Positions 57,399-64,000 of a stretch of 64,000 nt of DNA are shown piece after piece. Under the pieces are notes generated by a model. The model was not told the origin of the DNA, ran no database searches, and was given only the letters and a program-made list of their open reading frames with translations. The first letter of the stretch is position 1; each line of letters begins with the position of its first letter. The stretch is from Escherichia phage EP335. A program made the position numbers and the translations under genes. The stretch lies in the sequence record MG748548; one strand, 5' to 3'.

Positions 57399-58009
57399 AA
57401 CGACTCCACTAACTCCACAGTGTATTGGTTAAAATCACTTTGAATATGCTTGAACACATCAAGCAGTTGTACGGTCTGACGACCACGGCTGTCATGTCCA
57501 GCACCGAGAAGCACGCGACCAACGTGTGCTCCTTTATAATAAACAAGACCATCGGAAGGGTTGATGAAGATAAAGCGAGTCAACAAACCTTCAAAAGATG
57601 GATTAAACAGGTTATAAACCATCTCACCGGAGATGTTACGACCAAGAGAAGTTACGCCACGGAGTTTGTTACCCATCAACCCCTTAGCTCGCTGACGAAC
57701 TGGATTGATATGGGTCCAACTTACCATGTTACGACCATGTTGAAGATAACCAACATCAGGGGATTCCAGAATCAGGTTAGGGTTGAACACTCCAATCTGA
57801 ACTGTTGTACGGTTAAACCCTGAGTCTGTTTTAACCCAACGCTCTGCTTCGAACATCAAAGCCATCTCTGCTTCGTGAGAGAAGTCATCACGAGAGAACT
57901 CGCCTTGTTGGAATACGTTCATAACAAACAATGGGATGTTTAAGTTCCCACGTCTTTCAGCAATCCATGTCCCACAATAGTAATGAGAGAAGTCAGTTAC
58001 TAAGCTCAC
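57395..58009 (-). CDS. hypothetical protein in amidoligase cluster
   Basis: ORF track 204 aa, GTG start; 4-nt overlap with upstream gene. Confidence 0.45.
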   Translation of the reverse strand: MSLVTDFSHYYCGTWIAERRGNLNIPLFVMNVFQQGEFSRDDFSHEAEMALMFEAERWVKTDSGFNRTTVQIGVFNPNLILESPDVGYLQHGRNMVSWTHINPVRQRAKGLMGNKLRGVTSLGRNISGEMVYNLFNPSFEGLLTRFIFINPSDGLVYYKGAHVGRVLLGAGHDSRGRQTVQLLDVFKHIQSDFNQYTVELVESL

Positions 58010-58018
58010 GATAACCCC

Positions 58019-58906
58019 TTACGCTACCTGTAAACGTTTCAAGAACACATCTGCTTCACGAACATCGTTGGTGTTGATGATCTGGTGCAGCTTTTCAATC
58101 GGAAGGCGAGAGTGGAGGCCCATCAAGAACTCCATGTCGCTGTTTTGTACAACCTTGTCAACTTGATCATACACAAATTGACGATCTTCTTTCTTGCCAA
58201 TCCAGAAGTTTGACAGAGAGCGATACTCAATGCCATAAGGTTTGTAACGGATTGCGGATGCTTTACCGTATAGCTCTTTACGACGAGCATCACCGTCCAT
58301 CAGAACAGCAGGCAATGACAGGAAGTAATCACACAGAACGCCCAGCATCATCTGAACCTTCTTATTCACATCCAGAGAGCCAGTGACACCGATATGCACA
58401 TGACCGCCTGCTGTACGCAAGCCCTTGTTCTCTGAAGTTGGGGAAGCATTCTTTTGACCAGTGAATGCGTTGAAGTCTGGAGTACAACCAAACACGAAAG
58501 CGGACGGATGGAATGATTCCAATTCTTCTTTAGAGAAGATATGAGAACTTACACCCAGAGCCGCTTCCATGTCCTGTTTCTTCAGAACTTCGTTGGTAAG
58601 ATCAATACCACGCTGAACGTTGTCATTAAACGCTTCAAAACCTTGTTGTGGGTTGATATCAAATTCAGCAAGAACGTTGTCTTCTTGGAGACGAACATCC
58701 TTAGCCAGATCGATTTTATTTTCTTTAGAACAGCCCAGCTTTCCAGCAACAGAGGTGATGATGCCAGAAGAAGTACGAACAAACATTTCAGGGTCAGTGC
58801 CGATTAAAAAGATGCGCTTAGTCATTGTAGTATTCCACCAATTCTTTAAAGAGGGATGTGATTGTTTCTTTGTTGCTCTCTGTACTAGAGTCACAACGAC
58901 TTTCAA
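58019..58906 (-). CDS. hypothetical protein in amidoligase cluster (possible second ligase-like enzyme)
   Basis: ORF track 295 aa; internal start MTKRIFLIGTDPEMF plausible. Confidence 0.45.
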   Translation of the reverse strand: MKVVVTLVQRATKKQSHPSLKNWWNTTMTKRIFLIGTDPEMFVRTSSGIITSVAGKLGCSKENKIDLAKDVRLQEDNVLAEFDINPQQGFEAFNDNVQRGIDLTNEVLKKQDMEAALGVSSHIFSKEELESFHPSAFVFGCTPDFNAFTGQKNASPTSENKGLRTAGGHVHIGVTGSLDVNKKVQMMLGVLCDYFLSLPAVLMDGDARRKELYGKASAIRYKPYGIEYRSLSNFWIGKKEDRQFVYDQVDKVVQNSDMEFLMGLHSRLPIEKLHQIINTNDVREADVFLKRLQVA

Positions 58907-59747
58907 TACGTTCTAAGAAACCATTTACACTGATGTTAGAAATCTTTTCATCAAGAGATGAACGTTTCCAACCAGTGCTCATAGACCAAACTCTCAAAAA
59001 GGTACTCATTGAAGAGTACATCTCTGCGTTTTGGTTTCGACGACGAGCAATACGACGAAGGGCTGCACGGTCATGGTTTCGGATATACCCTGATGTGTTA
59101 TCACCTTCTCCAACTTTGTTTTGCAACCAAACATCGGTTGAAAACTCATCTGTATTGCAAATGATCGGAAGAAATGCAAATGCTGGTAAGTCGTGCGGTA
59201 AGTAGATAGATGTTGATTCATCAGTGGAATCATTAACTCTATCAAAGTTAAGCTCCCCAAAGAAATCCTTACTTACCCCAGCAAGAGCTAGAGCTAATCC
59301 AACACGACGACGGAATAGCCATTCTTCTCTATCATCAACTCCCTCTGAAAGAAAATCCATAGATTCATACTCGCAATCGAGATAACTACGGAAAGTCATT
59401 AGTCCTGTAAAAACTTTATCTGCTGCGTGTTCACGAAGATCAACCTCTACACTATTAGCAGAAGTGATTGTGAACATATCTTTGTACATAGAACAGGAGT
59501 TTAGTACATCAGCAGTATCCAACAAATGAGACTCAATCTCATCCATGTTGCAGTGAGGCCAGTAGTTAATCTTACCCATGTGTGCTGTGAAGTTATCTAA
59601 GCTGGTTCGATTACTCAGGCCATTAATATCACGAGTGCTGAAGTTGTGCATAGAGTTGTGGATACCGAAACAGACTCGGCTCGTAAAACTCTGCTCACCC
59701 ACCATATCACTAACTTCTACAGGAGCTAATGTTGTGGAAATTGCCAT
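58818..59747 (-). CDS. hypothetical protein in amidoligase cluster
   Basis: ORF track 309 aa. Confidence 0.45.
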   Translation of the reverse strand: MAISTTLAPVEVSDMVGEQSFTSRVCFGIHNSMHNFSTRDINGLSNRTSLDNFTAHMGKINYWPHCNMDEIESHLLDTADVLNSCSMYKDMFTITSANSVEVDLREHAADKVFTGLMTFRSYLDCEYESMDFLSEGVDDREEWLFRRRVGLALALAGVSKDFFGELNFDRVNDSTDESTSIYLPHDLPAFAFLPIICNTDEFSTDVWLQNKVGEGDNTSGYIRNHDRAALRRIARRRNQNAEMYSSMSTFLRVWSMSTGWKRSSLDEKISNISVNGFLERIESRCDSSTESNKETITSLFKELVEYYND

Positions 59748-59759
59748 TGTCTTTAACCT

Positions 59760-60953
59760 TTAATTTCCTAAGAAAAGTTTCGTGAGAATTGAATCCCACT
59801 CCGTACTAGGCAGTACATCAAAACTGCTATTATTTGACAGATTCGACTGTTGAAAGTGGCGAATCATTGTGTAAGTATTAACACGGTCATTGCCAAATCG
59901 AGTATACAACAACTCATTTCGAGTCTTGTCTGATAGGGAAATAGCTTTGGCAAAAGCTACAATCAGCATAGGCTCTTTGAGGGCACGATCTTGAAGGGCT
60001 TCCGGTTGAAGAATAGGTAAGAACATTGAGTTGTTTACATACAGCTCATGCTCTTCGTGTCCGGGAACGTCATACCAAACACTCGAATAGTCTTCATCAC
60101 GGAAATGTCCTTCACCAGCCATATATGACGGTTGACGCCACGCAGTCTGGCGAGGTTCTGCCATATTAGCTCCGATGCCCACTGTGTACAGTGTTACAGG
60201 GAACAGGCAGTTATCGTATTCATTACCAGTAAAGGCAACTCGTACTTCGCCAAACAGATTCTCTTTTGCGTTAATCAATCGAGAATAGGCAAGAGCTTGT
60301 AACGGAGACCAATCGTCCATAAAGAGCTTATCAAGGAAAGTCCACACATTTGCTTGCTCATCTTCTTGATAAAACAGACGATTAACCATAAGATAGAACA
60401 GGCAACGATCAGCAGGCACTGGTTCAGATACATCTTCTGTTACCACACCCATAAAACCTTTTTCATGCCAAACAAGACATGAAGGACGATCTTTATCCAT
60501 GAAAGCTTCAAGTGCTTCCATAACTGACTTGACAGTTACATCAGGTCGTTCACGATATTCAGCCCAAAGCTCAACTGCGTTCTTAGGCTTTTCATCCCCT
60601 ACATCAGCGTGATAGAAAGCATATTGGAAGGAGATGATGTTGTTGCTCCCATCCTTTCCACGCATAGGGATATGGGTTCCAGAGTTCCAGATAATACGAA
60701 TATCTTCCATTGACATTAAACTGCTTAGGAGTTCATCGCTGCCAGAGCTTTGCATCAAGCTATAGCTGCTATCCCAAACATGGACATACTGCGTCCAGCC
60801 TTCATTGGCTTCGTAGGTAATGGGGTCGTAATAATCACTATCTTCGTCACAATCATCACCACCGTGGTAGTTGCTGTGCTGAAGAAAGCCATAGCAAGGA
60901 GGCCAGACTGTTACTACATTGTCCTGCTTATCCTGCAATGTTACTGGAAACAT
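59760..60953 (-). CDS. hypothetical protein in amidoligase cluster
   Basis: ORF track 397 aa. Confidence 0.45.
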   Translation of the reverse strand: MFPVTLQDKQDNVVTVWPPCYGFLQHSNYHGGDDCDEDSDYYDPITYEANEGWTQYVHVWDSSYSLMQSSGSDELLSSLMSMEDIRIIWNSGTHIPMRGKDGSNNIISFQYAFYHADVGDEKPKNAVELWAEYRERPDVTVKSVMEALEAFMDKDRPSCLVWHEKGFMGVVTEDVSEPVPADRCLFYLMVNRLFYQEDEQANVWTFLDKLFMDDWSPLQALAYSRLINAKENLFGEVRVAFTGNEYDNCLFPVTLYTVGIGANMAEPRQTAWRQPSYMAGEGHFRDEDYSSVWYDVPGHEEHELYVNNSMFLPILQPEALQDRALKEPMLIVAFAKAISLSDKTRNELLYTRFGNDRVNTYTMIRHFQQSNLSNNSSFDVLPSTEWDSILTKLFLGN

Positions 60954-60964
60954 TTTGAAACCTC

Positions 60965-61327
60965 TTATTGTTGTTTGATCAACTCAACGGACTTACGGAT
61001 GTAAAGAATATCACGGAAGTTACGGTAGTTGTTCATGAATTGATGCTTCTGGAACTCCGCTTCAAGCAGAGATTCTTTGGCACTTTCATAACTCTTACGG
61101 GCAAGATACACAACCCGCTCTGGTAATACGTTTGCACGACGGATGATATACTTGTGAGCTTTCATATTGCTCTGCTCACGAGATATCTTACTTTTCGCTA
61201 CCGTAATGCCATTTGCAAGCCAAACAAGCTCTTGCTCAAGCTCTTCGTTGGACATTCCACCGAGGTTTGATGCAACCTTGTTCAGAGTTTCAATGTTAAC
61301 GTTGCCCTTGATGGGACGTGTATTCAT
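60965..61327 (-). CDS. hypothetical protein
   Basis: ORF track 120 aa; aggag RBS. Confidence 0.4.
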   Translation of the reverse strand: MNTRPIKGNVNIETLNKVASNLGGMSNEELEQELVWLANGITVAKSKISREQSNMKAHKYIIRRANVLPERVVYLARKSYESAKESLLEAEFQKHQFMNNYRNFRDILYIRKSVELIKQQ

Positions 61328-61330
61328 ACC

Positions 61331-61487
61331 TACTCCTGTTGTTTACACTCACCAATAACCCACTGATAAGAAGTGGATTGACCTGAAAAGAAACACTGAA
61401 TAAATCCAGACGTTCTCTGCGTTACCAGTGCTAGTGCACATATCACTACCGCTGCTGCTAGCAGTTTCATATCTAATTTAGACATAT
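61331..61487 (-). CDS. unannotated small secreted protein, 51 aa
   Basis: MSKLDMKLLAAAVVICALALVTQRTSG... signal-peptide-like N-terminus; gagaggaaa RBS. Confidence 0.35.
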
Positions 61488-61504
61488 TTCCTCTCTTTGA
61501 ATTT

Positions 61505-61529
61505 AAAAAAGGACTCTCCGAAAAGAGCC
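61505..61529 (-). terminator. rho-independent terminator candidate (UUCG loop)
   Basis: minus-strand ggctct-ttcg-gagagtc followed by tttttt. Confidence 0.4.
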
Positions 61530-61718
61530 AAGCTTTAAATACAAAAAGATATTACCCAATATCTGTGGATAACCTGCTCTTAAAATATCTATCCGACGGA
61601 TGTTCGAGGATTGTTCCTCTCCCTAGCATCGGCCCCATACGGGAAATATATTAAGATTAGGTTAGTTGAGTCAGAATGACTCACATAGCCCTCCGAAGGG
61701 AAGGCTATAAATGTCACT

Positions 61719-61961
61719 CTATTTATCCCCACCAAAGGCGAGGTAGGCATCTCTGATTTCAGTAACCTGTGAATCAGGTTTGAATGCAGACAAATGTCCT
61801 GTGTTCAGGTTAACTGCGTTGGCAGGGATGATGCAACCCTCTACTTTAGTATCAGGGATTTTCATGTAGTAACTTGAAAAGTGCTCTGCTGAGAAAACTT
61901 CTCCAACAGTGATATCACTAATCTTCGCTAGAACATCCTTAGCTGGTTGCCCTATTTTCAT
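61719..61961 (-). CDS. small protein, paralog family B
   Basis: 80 aa; ISDITVGEVF...YYMKI...AVNLNTG motif shared with neighbours. Confidence 0.45.
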   Translation of the reverse strand: MKIGQPAKDVLAKISDITVGEVFSAEHFSSYYMKIPDTKVEGCIIPANAVNLNTGHLSAFKPDSQVTEIRDAYLAFGGDK

Positions 61962-62194
61962 TACTCACCTTTCTTAGCACGGTCTTTGGCAGTTTTACCA
62001 GTGCGGATACGATGGGAAACGTTAACCAGAGTGCCACCTTCAATAATGGTAACGCTCTTGTTCTTGGCAATGTCAAACACAGACTTCTCTGTGCCACCCA
62101 AGCGAATCTGCTTAGGCTCGCTGAAGGTTTGAGTGGACTTGGATTGGATGTTGAACGGCTGACGGATTGCATCGATTGCGCTTACTTTACTCAT
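61961..62194 (-). CDS. small protein (weak family B resemblance)
   Basis: internal ATG 62194 with aggag RBS. Confidence 0.4.
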   Translation of the reverse strand: MSKVSAIDAIRQPFNIQSKSTQTFSEPKQIRLGGTEKSVFDIAKNKSVTIIEGGTLVNVSHRIRTGKTAKDRAKKGE

Positions 62195-62228
62195 AGGGGA
62201 ATAGCTCCTAAAAATCATGACTGCGCAG

Positions 62229-62240
62229 AGGGAATTCCCT
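62229..62240. promoter_or_regulatory. perfect 12-bp palindrome AGGGAATTCCCT (operator-like)
   Basis: between minus-strand terminator hairpin and RBS of gene starting 62194. Confidence 0.3.
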
Positions 62241-62244
62241 ACGC

Positions 62245-62268
62245 AAAAACGACGCTAAAAGAAGCGTC
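62245..62268 (-). terminator. rho-independent terminator candidate
   Basis: minus-strand gacgct-tctttt-agcgtc followed by gttttt. Confidence 0.45.
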
Positions 62269-62427
62269 ACAGTAGTTGAAAAGAGGTACAGAAACAGGGG
62301 TTATTTAGCTACCTTTTTCTGACCGTTTACGAACCAGATAATTGAACCGTCAGGCTGTCGTTGACCGAAGCCTTTCATGGTTAGCATGTCTTCCGAAAAC
62401 TCTTTAAAAGTAATCACTTACTTACCC

Positions 62428-62673
62428 TTACATTGGAGTTAATATAATCTCTGCTTTGGCATACTTAACACCGACTTCAAGATTGTCAGCAACAGGACGA
62501 GGTTTGCCTGTACCCAAATTAACTGCTCTGCGATATCCTCCGGATACAGTCATCATCAAATAGATGGTGCTGCTGTCATCTTCTTTTAAAGTGAAGATAT
62601 CAGCGGTTGACAGATCTTTAACAAAGAGTTTCTTTTCTTCTTCGTGACGAACCTTGATATGTATTGTGCTCAT
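62428..62673 (-). CDS. small protein, paralog family B
   Basis: 81 aa; VKDLSTADIF...IYLMMTV...AVNLGTG. Confidence 0.45.
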   Translation of the reverse strand: MSTIHIKVRHEEEKKLFVKDLSTADIFTLKEDDSSTIYLMMTVSGGYRRAVNLGTGKPRPVADNLEVGVKYAKAEIILTPM

Positions 62674-62675
62674 AC

Positions 62676-62927
62676 CTACTCCTGAACCACGGACATACGA
62701 ATCATTTCTACCGGAGTGTCACCCTTCATAACACCCAGCACGCCAGTCAGAAGGTTAACTGTAGTAATCCAGTCTTTTTCTACAGAGATTTTGCTGGATA
62801 CATTGGCAACACGCATATGATACTGAGGTGATGCTGAACCTCGCTGAATTACGAAAGGGTTTCCGGGGATGATAGTATCCAGTGGATAAGTGTTATCTTT
62901 AACCTTGGGGATAATTTTCATTAGCAA
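62676..62927 (-). CDS. small protein, paralog family B
   Basis: 83 aa; LDTIIPGNPF...YHMRV...TVNLLTG. Confidence 0.45.
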   Translation of the reverse strand: MLMKIIPKVKDNTYPLDTIIPGNPFVIQRGSASPQYHMRVANVSSKISVEKDWITTVNLLTGVLGVMKGDTPVEMIRMSVVQE

Positions 62928-63190
62928 CCACTCACTAAAAGTTCAGCTGATACAGGGACAACATGGCACGTAGAATCTGGTGCTGTTACCAATCCATCAC
63001 ACAGACGAAGGGCTAAGGTACGTCCACTTTTTACGGACACATTAGGAGTATTGTGAACAAAGCCTTTAACATAGAGGGTGTCGCTGTCTGGGTGCTTGAA
63101 CACCGCTCCATTTTCTAAGGACTCGAGTCGGACACGATCTGTTCTGTTGGTAATTTTCACATTAACCCTTAACAACCTTAGCTTCAACAT
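62921..63190 (-). CDS. small protein, paralog family B
   Basis: 89 aa; LESLENGAVF...LYVKGF. Confidence 0.45.
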   Translation of the reverse strand: MLKLRLLRVNVKITNRTDRVRLESLENGAVFKHPDSDTLYVKGFVHNTPNVSVKSGRTLALRLCDGLVTAPDSTCHVVPVSAELLVSGC

Positions 63191-63407
63191 TGACAGGATA
63201 AACCTTCATGCCATCAACAGGGGCACTCAGTTCGCCATTTTCCAGTTTAACACACACAATACGACCGAGAGGTGGCTCAATCCAAGACGTCTTATCTGTT
63301 GTACATACCATGTGAATAGGTCCACATGACTCTTTTCTGAAGGTGTCTCCGCTTTTTAACTCGGACAGCTTTACAGTTTTAGTAGGACTAACATCATTAA
63401 CTTTCAT
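63162..63407 (-). CDS. small protein, paralog family B
   Basis: internal ATG 63407; LSELKSGDTF... Confidence 0.4.
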   Translation of the reverse strand: MKVNDVSPTKTVKLSELKSGDTFRKESCGPIHMVCTTDKTSWIEPPLGRIVCVKLENGELSAPVDGMKVYPVNVEAKVVKG

Positions 63408-63408
63408 A

Positions 63409-63639
63409 TTATTTACCCTGAATAATAAGTTTAGACTCGAACATCTCAACAGTATTGGATTGAGGGACTGGATAGAAAATTTCTTTGGAGTTCTGAACAC
63501 CCATTGCAGAGTGGTCTCCTATTTTCATCCAGAACTTAGGGGCTATGCTGTCACCAGTAAAACGGAAAACATCTCCATTCTCTAAGTCAGAGAAGGTCTT
63601 GGAGGGTTCTTTGCTTTTTGGTACTTGCTCAAAGTTCAT
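63409..63639 (-). CDS. small protein, paralog family B
   Basis: 76 aa; FSDLENGDVF...FWMKI. Confidence 0.45.
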   Translation of the reverse strand: MNFEQVPKSKEPSKTFSDLENGDVFRFTGDSIAPKFWMKIGDHSAMGVQNSKEIFYPVPQSNTVEMFESKLIIQGK

Positions 63640-63647
63640 CTTGATTC

Positions 63648-63971
63648 CTATTTAAGTTTAAGGCTGATATTAAGGTGCATACACGCCCTGTTCTGTACAG
63701 CGGCATAACTTCTACCGAGCATGTCTGCCATTCTCTGAATAGGCATGAATCCAGCATTACGAATAACAAACTGATCTTCTTCTTCCGTCCACTTGACACG
63801 TAGAGTAGCTCTGGAAATTTTGAATTTAGTACAAGCTGTGTTAACAGCATTCTCTGTAACATTCATAATCAAAGCTATCTCAGGGATAGAGTATTCTTTG
63901 ATCAACCGTCTAAGATTCTCGATTTGCATCGGAGTCCATATGGTTCTTCTGGCTTTCATCTCACCACCCAT
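63648..63971 (-). CDS. DNA-binding protein with two Myb/SANT-like HTH repeats (putative early regulator)
   Basis: two W-containing repeats RRTIWTPMQIENLRRLI... and RVKWTEEEDQFVIRNAG... Confidence 0.45.
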   Translation of the reverse strand: MGGEMKARRTIWTPMQIENLRRLIKEYSIPEIALIMNVTENAVNTACTKFKISRATLRVKWTEEEDQFVIRNAGFMPIQRMADMLGRSYAAVQNRACMHLNISLKLK

Positions 63972-64000
63972 GTCTACTTTTAACTAGGATGCCATCAATT

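Noticed and set aside
59760-60953. Possible metallopeptidase motif in the 397-aa cluster protein (GHEEHE)
   Set aside because: The spacing is HExH, not the HExxH zinc-binding motif, so it is not supported as a peptidase signature.
63629-63862. 77-aa ORF overlapping the Myb-like regulator gene in a different frame
   Set aside because: Fully nested within a better-supported gene with recognisable HTH repeats; likely spurious.
1-64000. CRISPR array, integrase/attachment site, or lysogeny repressor module
   Set aside because: No array of regularly spaced identical repeats and no recombinase-like ORF was seen; the content is consistent with a strictly lytic phage.

Overview
This 64 kb window reads as a contiguous stretch of a virulent tailed dsDNA phage genome (no integrase or repressor module seen), organised as two convergent transcription blocks that meet at a bidirectional terminator near 30.8 kb. 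All calls rest on reading motifs in the supplied ORF translations and the raw sequence by eye; no database search was run. Plus strand, 1-30.8 kb (late/structural): small and large terminase subunits, portal, scaffold, major capsid protein with a candidate -1 frameshift into an Ig-like (Big_2) extension, two tail-fibre proteins (one with a C-terminal S74-type chaperone), a GH24 lysozyme, an SLT transglycosylase, two paralogous Q/N-rich proteins and a 1473-aa putative internal virion protein. Minus strand, 30.9-64 kb (early/middle): T7-like primase-helicase, a family-A DNA polymerase whose 3'-5' exonuclease domain is a separate gene about 8 kb away, 5'-3' exonuclease, SSB-like protein, PhoH, ThyX, thioredoxin, dCTP-deaminase-like protein, Dps-like ferritin, a phage sigma factor, a spanin pair, two HNH endonucleases and many small ORFs. 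The most unusual content is a ~10 kb minus-strand cluster (51.4-61.3 kb) of amide-bond enzymes (GGCT/AIG2-like, ATP-grasp, class-II glutamine amidotransferase, GS-like amidoligase candidate) with five unassigned proteins; its substrate is unknown. Other notable signals: the amidotransferase catalytic Cys codon has no canonical start codon, a frameshifting 55-bp tandem duplication splits a gene, there are two tandem arrays of paralogous small proteins, a recurrent TAATGTATA promoter-like motif, and a family of UUCG-tetraloop terminators. The phage sigma factor and the amidoligase-type cluster resemble what I recall for phiEco32-like podophages, but that is inference.
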